This document shows, in pieces, positions 8,529 to 17,895 of a stretch of 40,917 nt of DNA. Location: positions 1 to 40,917 of the forward strand of contig CALREG010000001.1 of assembly GCA_943355135.1 (NCBI GenBank), given 5' to 3'. The translations under genes were made by a program, and so were the position numbers. The notes under the pieces are model-generated. The model saw only the letters and a program-made list of their open reading frames with translations, did not search any database and had not been told where the DNA came from. Every line of letters begins with the position of its first letter. Position 1 is the stretch's first letter. Source of the DNA: Candidatus Nomurabacteria bacterium. Its GTDB lineage: Bacteria; Patescibacteriota; Minisyncoccia; Phycocordibacterales; SBAW01.

Positions 8529-9755
8529 TTATTTTTTGAGCCGTACGCCCCAAAGGCTGCGGTCGCCGGTGCGTATAAAGAGTAAGTAACTGTCGTCCGG
8601 AGAGACTGCAAGTTCGGCAATGCTCGACTGCTCTCCCCCGTCCACACCTCCAGGTGAGGCAATAATAGTAGAACCTCCTTTAGCAAGATCAAACTTCAAA
8701 ATAGTGCTTGCAGCGCTTGCAGCGCCCATGTGCCAAAGATCCAGATAGTTTGCAGCAACATATGAGATGGGTGTTGCACAGTACAGTGTGGTAGAAGTGG
8801 CGTTGCTCCATCGGCAGAGCTCCGGTATAGGGTCGAAAGAGAGAGGTGTTGCAAGGCCCGTTTTGACGTTCTGCGAGTAGGTGGAGCGGCTTTCGTTGGC
8901 AGTTTGGTACACCACACGCCCAAAAGTGCGGTCTGCAATGGCAGTAAGTCCCGACGCATACACTAACGGGGCTGAAGCGCCTGTTTTTGCGTCTATAGAG
9001 AAGACCACCCCCGGTATGCCAGTTGCGGAGTTTGTTTGAGCGAGTAGTGTGCCCTGTGCGGGCCAAGAAATCTGCAGTTCGGAGAATGGTAGGCTAAGTA
9101 GCTTTTTTATATTTGAGCCATTTGCGCCAGCAGTATATATGTCTGAGCCGTTTGCGGTTTTAATCAGGTAGGTGACACTCGCCCCATCGGGAGAGACATC
9201 TAGGTTTACTATGCCTTGCTGGAGAAATTCGATACGCACGGGAGTGGTTGTTGTCGCTTCTGCACTTGGAAGCGCGAGGTGCGCCGTTTTTATAACGCCG
9301 CCATCAATGTACTGTACAAGAGCCCCCCTTCCCTTTTCGCTCCACACGGTACGCAGAACTCCGGGGATGGTGGTGTTTGAGCGAGGTTTGGCCACTGTGC
9401 CGGGCGAGTCTAGTACCAAGTCAAATATATGACCATTGTTTGCAAGGACAAAACGCACCACGGTGGAAGTTGCCGGACGGAGCGTTTGCATCAGTGTCGC
9501 TCCTGCGACGGGGCCATTAGCTATCTTAAATACTTTGGTGGTGTTTATAACACTCTCGGTAATAGATTGTGCCGCATTAATTCCGCTGGTATTGCCTACA
9601 CCAGACGAAGTGCGCGTTTCGCTGTTGCCAAACTGCTGGGGTGTAGTGTCGGGAGTAAAAGTAGGTGTTTTAAAAAAGACAACCCATATGATGAGACCCG
9701 AGGCGACAATGCCCGCACCTACTATTCCTGCAATTATTTTCCAGTTGGTATCCAT
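8529..9755 (-). CDS. Hypothetical N-terminally anchored protein, possibly with beta-propeller-like repeats; last gene of the T4SS-like locus
   Basis: One TM helix (IIAGIVGAGIVASGLIIWVVFF). The C-terminal part has PD40/TolB-like strings (AVSPDDSYLLFIRTGDRSLWGV). ATG at 9755 lies 2 nt after the upstream stop; the track start at 9782 is GTG and overlaps the pilin gene. Confidence 0.7.
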   Translation of the reverse strand: MDTNWKIIAGIVGAGIVASGLIIWVVFFKTPTFTPDTTPQQFGNSETRTSSGVGNTSGINAAQSITESVINTTKVFKIANGPVAGATLMQTLRPATSTVVRFVLANNGHIFDLVLDSPGTVAKPRSNTTIPGVLRTVWSEKGRGALVQYIDGGVIKTAHLALPSAEATTTTPVRIEFLQQGIVNLDVSPDGASVTYLIKTANGSDIYTAGANGSNIKKLLSLPFSELQISWPAQGTLLAQTNSATGIPGVVFSIDAKTGASAPLVYASGLTAIADRTFGRVVYQTANESRSTYSQNVKTGLATPLSFDPIPELCRWSNATSTTLYCATPISYVAANYLDLWHMGAASAASTILKFDLAKGGSTIIASPGGVDGGEQSSIAELAVSPDDSYLLFIRTGDRSLWGVRLKK

Positions 9756-9757
9756 AC

Positions 9758-10345
9758 TTAGTAGGCTCCGGCGTATTGGCACGACTGGGTGTTGTCAGGG
9801 TTTACTTTTATTGCATAACCTAGCTGTTTTTCGCAGTCAGCACGTTGGGCATCGGTCGGAGGAGTTTGTGTCGCGGCTCCTGCGGGGTTTGAACTTCCGG
9901 GTGGCTGAGCAGTAGTGCTGTTAGGTGCTGTTTTGCCAAGTTTACCGAGTGAGGTAAGGTCAAATTTTAAGAGGTCAGGGTTTATGGTGTTGAGTATAAG
10001 CCAGCAACTGGTCAGCAGCAGCAGCCCCCAGAGCGCGGCCTTGGCGCGGCTCTTGGCCTTGTCTATATCTCCCGCGGCTTCTGAAATCATGTACCCGATG
10101 CCCGCCACCACCAACATAACAACCGCAAAGAGCCCACCGACGCTGATCAGGAGGCGGAAGAGGTTAGAAAGAAAGTTTGGGAAGTTTACGGTGCCACTCT
10201 GGCAGTTTGGGACCCCTGGGGGGCATGGCAGAGGTTCCAACGCTGTGTAAGTTCCTACGCCATTCTCAAATTTTGTTTGAGCCATTGCAGGAAGAGCAAC
10301 TGTAAAGATAGAAAGAAAAACAAGTGTAATTAGAATTTTTTTCAT
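9758..10345 (-). CDS. TrbC/VirB2-like T4SS pilin candidate
   Basis: Signal peptide MKKILITLVFLSIFTVALPAMA. Two hydrophobic helices are separated by the short charged loop SEAAGDIDKAKSRAK, the VirB2 topology. There is a Pro/Thr-rich C-terminal extension. The start overlaps the upstream stop (ATGA). Confidence 0.65.
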   Translation of the reverse strand: MKKILITLVFLSIFTVALPAMAQTKFENGVGTYTALEPLPCPPGVPNCQSGTVNFPNFLSNLFRLLISVGGLFAVVMLVVAGIGYMISEAAGDIDKAKSRAKAALWGLLLLTSCWLILNTINPDLLKFDLTSLGKLGKTAPNSTTAQPPGSSNPAGAATQTPPTDAQRADCEKQLGYAIKVNPDNTQSCQYAGAY

Positions 10346-11979
10346 AAGCCGATGAAGTCAAACAACCCGTTTGATTGTGCGCCGAAGACTATTTGCAACG
10401 CGGCAGAAGCTGTTTGTATTAATTGGTCGGCGTTGCCGTTCTGCATAGAGACCCCAACTGTCGCCCGTCCTTCTCCGGAGCCTGTCTGTCGCAGAGTCAG
10501 TATCCCCCGCGCGCTGTCAGGACCAGTAGTTTCGGTATCATTGAGTGTCCATACAAACGGTATAAGTCCGGCCTTTTTACTTGCCGCAGAAAAGTAGTAC
10601 GGCTCCGCCTGAAGCGTAATTTCCTTGCCTGCGAGCGAAATGGCGCTGGGAATAGCTGTGTTGTAGAGTACTCCACGCAAGGCATCGCGCTGGTAGAGCA
10701 CTATCAAAGGGTCCCGAGTAGCAAGAAACAGCTCAGCCCGCCCAACTTTGTTGACCCCATAGTACACTTCAACCGCTATATCCTCGCCTGCTTGCAGCTG
10801 GTCGCCGGTGTTGGTAAAAGTGTTGCGCCCAAGGCCAGACTGCTCCGGAACAGAATCCCCTTTATAAAACCACTGGTATGAAAGTGCACTTGCCGCAACA
10901 CGGGCCGAACCCGAGTAGACCGTTGGGAGCGCCACTACTTTATAATCTGAGCCGGCGCTGTATAGCGCTTTGCCTTTATACAGTGGCGGCACAGTGGTAT
11001 AGGCTTCCCAGAGTAGGTTAATGCGCGATGGATTAAAGCTGAATGTTTGGGTAAAAAAACCTTGGCTAGAGTCTATAGCCACCTGCACGGTTGTTTTTTC
11101 TCCAAGAGCACCGGTCATAAAGGTGTAGTCTCGCTCACCTATCCCCTCTTTGACCACTTTGCCGTTTAATGACCACGTAATATCCGCACTCCCTAGGAAG
11201 GAGCCGACTCCTTGTACCGAAATAATAACCTTTTCATACGCGCCCGGGGTTTCTGGCGCGACAATATATTGGATAGGTGCGGGAACTACCTGCGCGTGTG
11301 CTTGTATGCCAACAAAAAGGAGGAGTGCAAGCACGGCACCCTTAGCGGCGGGGCGAATATCCTTAAATTTATCTAAGAGCGGGGTACGTAGAACCTCACG
11401 TACTTTTTGATGCGCAGTGGTATCAAATTTTTGAGCTGGGGCAAAGCGGCGTTGAGCGACCAGTTGAGCATTATGTTTAAGTCCGTATGGCCCTTCTCCA
11501 CGCGCTTTTACAAATCCAAAAGCGTTTTTGGAGGTCCCCGCTTTTTCTTCTTTATTTTTTGCTTGTATGCAAGCCCACACCATATTGCTCCAAAGAGGCA
11601 AAAAGTTTAAAAACGGTGCAAGTTCACCCAACATGCGGCTGATAATGATGCGCGGGTAAAATAGACCAAACATCGCCATCATCATAATGAGTGCTCCCCC
11701 AATGGTAATACTGAGAGCAACGTCAACTACAATCCCGATAGGTATGGCAAATGCGCTGACTCCAGCGCCCACAACCGCGCCACCCACGGCACATTTGCCG
11801 GCGGCAATAAGACCTGAGATGACCCCGGTGGAAGCATTCCAGCAGTAAGCGCCGGCCGCCAGAGCGCCGGTCACCCCGCCGCCTACAGGTGTGGCAAATT
11901 GTAGAGCAAAAAACGCCATACCGACCGCAAACTGGATGAAGTCGAGTACTATCGCAGGGAGTAGAAGAAAGTACCGCAT
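10342..11979 (-). CDS. Hypothetical polytopic membrane protein with a large extracytoplasmic C-terminal domain (T4SS-locus protein)
   Basis: 545 aa. The N-terminus has several Gly/Ala-rich TM helices, with a further TM before a roughly 330-aa beta-rich domain. Tightly coupled to the virB4-like gene by a 2-nt gap. Confidence 0.7.
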   Translation of the reverse strand: MRYFLLLPAIVLDFIQFAVGMAFFALQFATPVGGGVTGALAAGAYCWNASTGVISGLIAAGKCAVGGAVVGAGVSAFAIPIGIVVDVALSITIGGALIMMMAMFGLFYPRIIISRMLGELAPFLNFLPLWSNMVWACIQAKNKEEKAGTSKNAFGFVKARGEGPYGLKHNAQLVAQRRFAPAQKFDTTAHQKVREVLRTPLLDKFKDIRPAAKGAVLALLLFVGIQAHAQVVPAPIQYIVAPETPGAYEKVIISVQGVGSFLGSADITWSLNGKVVKEGIGERDYTFMTGALGEKTTVQVAIDSSQGFFTQTFSFNPSRINLLWEAYTTVPPLYKGKALYSAGSDYKVVALPTVYSGSARVAASALSYQWFYKGDSVPEQSGLGRNTFTNTGDQLQAGEDIAVEVYYGVNKVGRAELFLATRDPLIVLYQRDALRGVLYNTAIPSAISLAGKEITLQAEPYYFSAASKKAGLIPFVWTLNDTETTGPDSARGILTLRQTGSGEGRATVGVSMQNGNADQLIQTASAALQIVFGAQSNGLFDFIGL

Positions 11980-11981
11980 AT

Positions 11982-13790
11982 TTATTGAGCCGCCTCGGCC
12001 TTTTTTTGTCGCATGGCGAGTACTTGCGAGGGGTCGGAGGTGATGATTTGGTCTTCGGTGTAGGAGGCGATGACTTTGATGGCAACATGTTTAAGACCAG
12101 CAAAGAATATCCCCTCCCCTACATCAGACTCTAGCAGTAGGAATTTTTCTTCATCAGATAAATTGAAGGTCTTTTGCAAGTTATCAATTGTCGTTGGCGA
12201 CTGCTTGAGCAAAATTTGTATGGACGAGTTGGTAATCATCGGCAGACCGTATGGCGACTTCAAAAAGTCGTCGACGTCCTGCGTAATAGTCGCGAGTCCG
12301 AGGTAGTATTTGCGGCCACGCTTTGCCATCGAGTAGAGGAAGCTCGCGGTATCATCCGACTTCATCATCCACCACGCCTCGTCGATGACCAATAGGCGCT
12401 TTTTGAGGTTTTTGCGCACCGCGTTCCAAATGTAGTGCGTAATCAGATACATGGCGACCGACTTGAGGTCATCCTCCATATCGCGGACAGAAAAGACGAC
12501 AAATTTTTTGTTGATGTCGACGTTGGTCGGCTGGTTGATAAAGCCCGACCATGTGCCCTTGGTGTATTTAGACAGACGCTGCACCAACGACTCGCTCCCC
12601 TGCAGTCCTGCCAGCACCAACTCGAAGTCGCTCAAGAGTGGGGGCTCTATCTCGGCAAAGTTGGAGTCTACCGTGATGTCTTTAAGCGCGTAGGTTTCGG
12701 TGATGGCGCGGTCAATAATGGCGTCCTCCTCGGGGGTAAGACCGCCGAGCATAATACGGAACATCCCCACCAGCGCAACAATATTACTACGCAGAATGTC
12801 CGCCGGCGCCTCGTCCTCACGCGGTATAGGTAGGTCAAACGGGTTGATGTGACTCTCTGAGTTGAGCGATATGTTGAAGTAGCGCCCGCCGACGGTCTGG
12901 GCCAAAAATTCGTACTCACGCTCCGGGTCTATCACAATAACTTCGGTATCAAACATCAGTGTACGCAAAATTTCGAGCTTGGTGGCGTACGACTTACCCG
13001 AACCCGACTTAGCAAAGATGACCGAGTTGTAGTTCTCCAAACTAAAGCGATCAAAGAGCACGAGCGAGGCGTTGTGGCGGTTGACACCGTAGAGTATGCC
13101 TTTGTCCGAAGTAAGGTCAAAGGATACAAACGGAAATATCGAGGATAGTGGGCTCGAGTTGAGTTTGGAGTTGACTCCCAGCTCGTCGTGTCCGAGCGGC
13201 AACACCGACTTAAAGCCCTGCTCTTGCTGGAAGAGCGCCGGCTTTACATACACCAAACGCGACTCAAGCATGGATTTGATTTCGCTCTCGGCTTTGTCTA
13301 AATCTTCTACCGATGCGCCGTAGATGGTAATGTACACGCCGACGTTAAAGAGCTTTTCTTGCGCCTGCTGCAGCTGGTCGCGCAACTGCTCGAGGTCTTG
13401 GTAAGCGGTATCCAGTATTGGGTCGCGCACGAGGCCCTTCTCCTCCCGGCTCATAATCTGCGACTGCACCTCAGCAACCTTTTTTTGGAATTTTTTGAGT
13501 ATCTCAGCCGAGTCGAGCGGGTGGATGAATATTGATATATCGAGCACACGGTCGAGGTTGATGATTGGAGAGAACCACGAGTCAGTCAGGACTCTTGGGT
13601 AGGACATCACAAAGAAAGTGCGCGCTATTTTGTCACCGAGGTTTATTTCGCGCGGAGTGATTTTGAGTGCCGAGGGGGCAATGACGTCCTGCAGCTCTAG
13701 CACCCCCTCTTTGTATATTTGCTCGGGGAGGATAGAGGCCATCACCGCGGGGGCTTCTTTCTTTTTGCTTAAAAAATCTAGGAGTGCCAT
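11982..13790 (-). CDS. virB4: VirB4/TrbE/TraC-family T4SS ATPase
   Basis: Walker A AKSGSGKSY and Walker B LLVIDEAWWMM. The N-terminal segment DVIAPSALKI...ARTFFVMSYP is typical of VirB4 N-domains; 602 aa. Confidence 0.88.
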   Translation of the reverse strand: MALLDFLSKKKEAPAVMASILPEQIYKEGVLELQDVIAPSALKITPREINLGDKIARTFFVMSYPRVLTDSWFSPIINLDRVLDISIFIHPLDSAEILKKFQKKVAEVQSQIMSREEKGLVRDPILDTAYQDLEQLRDQLQQAQEKLFNVGVYITIYGASVEDLDKAESEIKSMLESRLVYVKPALFQQEQGFKSVLPLGHDELGVNSKLNSSPLSSIFPFVSFDLTSDKGILYGVNRHNASLVLFDRFSLENYNSVIFAKSGSGKSYATKLEILRTLMFDTEVIVIDPEREYEFLAQTVGGRYFNISLNSESHINPFDLPIPREDEAPADILRSNIVALVGMFRIMLGGLTPEEDAIIDRAITETYALKDITVDSNFAEIEPPLLSDFELVLAGLQGSESLVQRLSKYTKGTWSGFINQPTNVDINKKFVVFSVRDMEDDLKSVAMYLITHYIWNAVRKNLKKRLLVIDEAWWMMKSDDTASFLYSMAKRGRKYYLGLATITQDVDDFLKSPYGLPMITNSSIQILLKQSPTTIDNLQKTFNLSDEEKFLLLESDVGEGIFFAGLKHVAIKVIASYTEDQIITSDPSQVLAMRQKKAEAAQ

Positions 13791-13794
13791 ATGG

Positions 13795-14454
13795 TTATTT
13801 TGTTGCCAGCTGCTCTACTTGCAGTGGCTTTTCCAGCTCGCCGGGGTTAAAGAGCTTGTAGAAGAGCTCTATTACCTCTTCGGTGCCGAGTTTGACCGTG
13901 CGCACGCCGGTGCGCACCAACCCCTGCTCGATGACCGAAATACGCTGCTCCAATTGCGTGCGGTATTGCTCAAACTGCTCGTCGGCCAACGGACCCATCC
14001 CCTTACTGCTTTTTGGGAGGATAGAGCCGAGTATCCCGCCGCTGCGATTGACCAGCGCGGGATCGTACGGCACTACAATAAAGAAGTTTTTGGTCATAAT
14101 ATTTGCGCGCTCGGTAAAGTCTTTGATGAATGCCATATACTCGCGGATTTGTATCTTCATCAACTCATCAAGCTCTTGCGCGTAGCGGTCTTGCAGGAGC
14201 GCAATGTAGGGGCGGATGTCGAGGTCGCGGCTTTGTATAGAAAACTCCACCGTAAACTCGAGTGAGTTGAGGAAGTTTTGAAACTGTCCGATGATAGCCT
14301 GTTGTTCGTCCTGCGACTTGAGCGCCAAGTTTATAGATGAAGCCATCAAGAGCACGCGCAAAGAGCCGTCTTTCAATATAATAACGCCGTCGCGCACCTC
14401 TTTGATAGGTACAAATTCCTGCGTCGCCTTAGATTTTATTTTTGTATCAGGCAT
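13795..14454 (-). CDS. ATPase-less VirB4 N-terminal-domain-like protein
   Basis: 219 aa. EFVPIKEVRDGVIILKDGSLRVLLMASSINLALKSQDEQQAIIGQFQNFLNSL follows the pattern I recall from N-termini of Gram-positive VirB4 homologs (Tn916 Orf16/TcpF type). No Walker motifs. Confidence 0.55.
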   Translation of the reverse strand: MPDTKIKSKATQEFVPIKEVRDGVIILKDGSLRVLLMASSINLALKSQDEQQAIIGQFQNFLNSLEFTVEFSIQSRDLDIRPYIALLQDRYAQELDELMKIQIREYMAFIKDFTERANIMTKNFFIVVPYDPALVNRSGGILGSILPKSSKGMGPLADEQFEQYRTQLEQRISVIEQGLVRTGVRTVKLGTEEVIELFYKLFNPGELEKPLQVEQLATK

Positions 14455-14894
14455 TATATTTCAAAACCGCTCTTTGCAGCGGTGGAGGCTCCCGATTCGG
14501 TATGGTCTTTGATATTGAGTGACCAAGACAGGTCTTTGAGCTTGCTCTGCGAGAGTTTTGGAATGGGTAGGTTGGCTGGCTTGGCGGCAACAACAGCCAC
14601 TTTCGCGCTCTCGGTGCGTTGTTTCCACAGATACAGCTTGCTCCCAAAAAAGTAATTGAAGCCGTGTTCAACTGCATGTATGAGCGGCCTGCCGTTTATT
14701 TCAAAGAAAGCGAGCCCGGCCGAAAAGGCCATGACGGGAATTCCTAAGATTATTGTAAGGTAGAGCGGCAGAAGGGAAAAAAGTAGGAGGCACAGCCCTC
14801 CCCCGCCGGCGAGCCAGATAAACTGCTTGAGCGTCAGCGGCCCAAAGATTTTATCCTCTACCTCTATAAATTGAGGAACTTGATACTGAGCCAT
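14454..14894 (-). CDS. PrgI/VirB3-like small membrane protein
   Basis: The N-terminus MAQYQVPQFIEVEDKIFGPLTLKQFIWL is followed by two TM helices, the PrgI-family pattern. It lies immediately upstream of the VirB4-type genes. Confidence 0.65.
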   Translation of the reverse strand: MAQYQVPQFIEVEDKIFGPLTLKQFIWLAGGGGLCLLLFSLLPLYLTIILGIPVMAFSAGLAFFEINGRPLIHAVEHGFNYFFGSKLYLWKQRTESAKVAVVAAKPANLPIPKLSQSKLKDLSWSLNIKDHTESGASTAAKSGFEI

Positions 14895-14901
14895 TGCTCT
14901 A

Positions 14902-14919
14902 AGTATACCCCATGAGATA
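14902..14919 (-). promoter_or_regulatory. Motif copy A: TATCTCATGGGGTATACT, 7 nt upstream of the prgI-like ATG
   Basis: The rc of 14902-14919 reads TATCTCATGGGGTATACT. The TATACT -10-like box (14902-14907) is followed by 7 nt and then ATG at 14894. Confidence 0.6.
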
Positions 14920-14933
14920 ATCGTGTTGTTACT

Positions 14934-15194
14934 ATGTACTACGTTTATATTTTGCGTAGCCCCAAGCAGTTTTATACCGGTTCAACCAACGACTTAAAAA
15001 GACGCTTTTCCGAGCATCAAGAGGGTAAATCCTTTGCAACAAAAGGAAAAGGTCCTTGGCAGCTTGTCTATTATGAGGCTTGTACATCCGAAAAAGATGC
15101 TCGACTACGTGAAAAATATCTAAAAACTGCTTGGGGTAAAAGATATATTAAAGCTCGTTTAAAATATGACCTCGCTATCTCACGGGGTATATAG
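14934..15194 (+). CDS. Small GIY-YIG (URI-domain) nuclease family protein
   Basis: MYYVYILRS...FYTGSTNDLKRRFSEHQEGK...PWQLVYYE...REKYLK matches the stand-alone GIY-YIG family; 86 aa. It lies on the opposite strand inside the T4SS-like locus. Confidence 0.9.
   Translation: MYYVYILRSPKQFYTGSTNDLKRRFSEHQEGKSFATKGKGPWQLVYYEACTSEKDARLREKYLKTAWGKRYIKARLKYDLAISRGI
15176..15191 (+). repeat. Motif copy E (TATCTCACGGGGTATA), inverted partner of 14904-14919
   Basis: 15 of 16 positions are complementary to TATACCCCATGAGATA at 14904-14919. It overlaps the last codons of the GIY-YIG ORF. Confidence 0.7.
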
Positions 15195-15202
15195 CAACTT
15201 TT

Positions 15203-15733
15203 CTATGTAGTTGGCTCGCGATAGGGGTCTGCTTTGTATGGTTGCGGCGCGGTTGGCTCAACTTTAGGTGCTGCAGGTGGAATAAGTGGTTTTGGCGTAG
15301 GAGGAGCTACTGTAGTGACCGTTTTTTGCGAGAGCATCGCGTCGGCAGGGTGTAATTCGGCTGGTTTCGATATTGCCGAGGTGACTGGGGTGCTTGGACC
15401 AGAAGGAGCCCCTTGTCCGTCGGCCTTTTTCATTGAGCCACGGATCGGAACCATAATTTCCTTTCCAATATCTACCGCAATGTCACCCGCTGTTGTGGTG
15501 GATACACTGAGGTCATTAACCAGTTGAGACATAAATTCTTCAGGCTCGGTAAATCCCATCATAAACATGACCACCTCATCCTCGAGTTTGCCCATCTGGT
15601 CTATGTGGAGTTGGTGTTTGCTTCCAATAATCCGGATTTTTTCATGGAGCTGTGGCGACTTGAGGGCCGCTTGTAGTTCGGTCGGCAGCTTAGAAAACTG
15701 CTCCTGCATTAGTTTCTGAGATTCAATGTCCAT
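15203..15733 (-). CDS. Hypothetical soluble protein with a Pro-rich C-terminus (T4SS-locus protein)
   Basis: 176 aa ORF, 17 nt downstream of the VirB6-like gene. No recognisable motif. Confidence 0.7.
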   Translation of the reverse strand: MDIESQKLMQEQFSKLPTELQAALKSPQLHEKIRIIGSKHQLHIDQMGKLEDEVVMFMMGFTEPEEFMSQLVNDLSVSTTTAGDIAVDIGKEIMVPIRGSMKKADGQGAPSGPSTPVTSAISKPAELHPADAMLSQKTVTTVAPPTPKPLIPPAAPKVEPTAPQPYKADPYREPTT

Positions 15734-15750
15734 GTTATTCCGTTAGTCGA

Positions 15751-17895
15751 TTAATGATTATCATCTTTTTTAGGCTCATCCTTCTTTTCCTCTTTTTTCT
15801 CCGCATCACCATGGTCGTCTTCGTTCATCTCCTTAATCTTTTCTATCAATTCATCTGACTTACTCTTCCCTTTTCGTATCTTCTCCGCGGCAGTCTTTTC
15901 TGCCTTTGGTACCCACAAAGAAAGCGTTCTGAAGAGATTGCCCTCATTTGACGTTATGTGTTTAGCAAATTGTTCTTTGTAGTTTGGCGCCAGTTTTGTT
16001 GTTGTAGCTGCAACCTCCTCTTTTTCTTTTTTATCGAATTCAACTTCTCTCTTTTTTGCGGCATCGAGAGCCTCTTTAGCAATCTCTTGAGTGATTTTAT
16101 GTGTATCAATCAATCCTGCGATGTTGCTACGTTGTATATCATTTTGTGCATTACCCAAATCTGTTTCAAGTTGAGCAGCTCTCTTTGTAGAAACTTGGTG
16201 AGTGTCTGCCGCTGTTTTTACTTGAGTTTTTATCGTTGTACGCTCGCTACTGTATTTCTGTTCGAATTCCGCCTTGGCTGCTGTCTCAGCTTTTGCCTTT
16301 TCATCCTTACTCGGGGCTTTAAATTGTTCGGCTTCTTTTTGCAGCGCTTTTACGCGGGCATCGAAGTCTCCTTTATAACCACCCTTATTCGTTGCTTTGC
16401 CAAATTCAAGCGGAGTTACTTTGCCGTGGACATCCACACTCCCTCCAACCAGCCCGAGGCTTTTATTAATTGTTTTTGAGTTTCTGCCGTCGAAAGTGGC
16501 TTTTCCTATCCGGTTGACTCCGCTCAGTAGGTTCCTACCCACCACGCCTTTTGAGCCGAGGTTCTGCATAAATTTACTCTGACCTAGACTGTATGCGCCC
16601 AAGCCGAGCGTATTGCGCCCAGCAAACCCGGCTAAGCCAAAACTCTTACCTGTAAGGTTTCCGGTGACTTTTGAGGCGATACCGCTTCCTTCTTTGACCA
16701 CCCAGTCTGATACCTTTAGTGCCACAAACATCAGTGCGATGATAAAGCCCATACGGATGAACACCGATGCTATAAGGCCGACAGTGGCTATTTCGTCGGT
16801 GCCAGAGCTTGCGGTATTGGCTATTGCGTTAAGCAAGTTTCCATTACCGGTGGTGTTTCCAGTAAGTAGAGTTCCTGCAAACCGAGTGAGTATAAGGAAC
16901 ATAAAAAGGAATATCGCTGGATAGAGCGAAAACTCTACGAGCTTTTTGAGCCATTGGTCAAAGTACCCTTCAGTCTTCTTCATAGTTTTTGCAACAAAAG
17001 CCAACGGTGACGCTATGAGCAAGAACCACAACCCCACAATACGGAGCATAAATTTAATACCCACTTGAATAAAAGTAAAAAACAACATCCAGAGCATCGC
17101 CGCAACAGACAAATAAATCACCGTAAATGTCCCTAGTGCTGCCCAAGCGCCGCCAGAAAAGACACCGCCATTCCCTCCAAGTTTGTCAAAAGTCTCCTTA
17201 CTGAGTAAGACCTGAGGCCCTACGGCTCCCATAATAGAGGTGCTCAAGTCTTTGACACCGTTGATTTGCACTATCTTGCCGTCCGCTCCTACGCCGGCGG
17301 GGATAGCATTATAAAACTGCAAGGCTAAAATGTTACCCATGTCTATTACCACGCGGGTAAAGAAGAAGCTGAAGTTGACTAACAAGGCAATGACCACAAC
17401 TATTGCGAGTGTTTTGATGGTGCCGGAAGTTTCGGCCTGTAACATGACGGTCATCGCGATGTAGACGAGGATAAAGATGAACGACATGTTGGCAAGATCG
17501 CGCACCGTGGTCCATCCGTCAGAAAGAAAGCCAAGTGCATAGGCGGTTGAGTTGAGCGAGAGTTGCACCACAATACTAAAGAAGTACGCACCCACATAAG
17601 CTACTTTACTGGCGATGAGGGGGCCTATGTAGTACATGATCACAGCCAAGCACTCTGTGATGCCCGATTTGCACTCCATTTCTGTAGAAGCAGAAGGTGT
17701 ACTGTAAGGATTTGCTTGTGTCTGTTGCGCAGTATTGTACTGTGTTTGAAGTTGTTGACATTCCGCAACATTCCCTGGATTTTGTCTTAGACATTCCTCC
17801 TGCGAGAACGGAGCGGCCTCTGCTTGTATTGGCAAAAAACTGAATACCAATATTCCAAGGGCTACTCCAAATAGTATTTTTTTACTGGAACGCAT
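15751..17895 (-). CDS. VirB6/TrbL-like polytopic membrane protein with a Lys/Glu-rich C-terminal tail
   Basis: 714 aa with a signal peptide, a Cys-containing exposed segment, at least 7 predicted TM helices and a roughly 250-aa charged, coiled-coil-like tail. Assignment rests on topology and context only. Confidence 0.55.
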   Translation of the reverse strand: MRSSKKILFGVALGILVFSFLPIQAEAAPFSQEECLRQNPGNVAECQQLQTQYNTAQQTQANPYSTPSASTEMECKSGITECLAVIMYYIGPLIASKVAYVGAYFFSIVVQLSLNSTAYALGFLSDGWTTVRDLANMSFIFILVYIAMTVMLQAETSGTIKTLAIVVVIALLVNFSFFFTRVVIDMGNILALQFYNAIPAGVGADGKIVQINGVKDLSTSIMGAVGPQVLLSKETFDKLGGNGGVFSGGAWAALGTFTVIYLSVAAMLWMLFFTFIQVGIKFMLRIVGLWFLLIASPLAFVAKTMKKTEGYFDQWLKKLVEFSLYPAIFLFMFLILTRFAGTLLTGNTTGNGNLLNAIANTASSGTDEIATVGLIASVFIRMGFIIALMFVALKVSDWVVKEGSGIASKVTGNLTGKSFGLAGFAGRNTLGLGAYSLGQSKFMQNLGSKGVVGRNLLSGVNRIGKATFDGRNSKTINKSLGLVGGSVDVHGKVTPLEFGKATNKGGYKGDFDARVKALQKEAEQFKAPSKDEKAKAETAAKAEFEQKYSSERTTIKTQVKTAADTHQVSTKRAAQLETDLGNAQNDIQRSNIAGLIDTHKITQEIAKEALDAAKKREVEFDKKEKEEVAATTTKLAPNYKEQFAKHITSNEGNLFRTLSLWVPKAEKTAAEKIRKGKSKSDELIEKIKEMNEDDHGDAEKKEEKKDEPKKDDNH

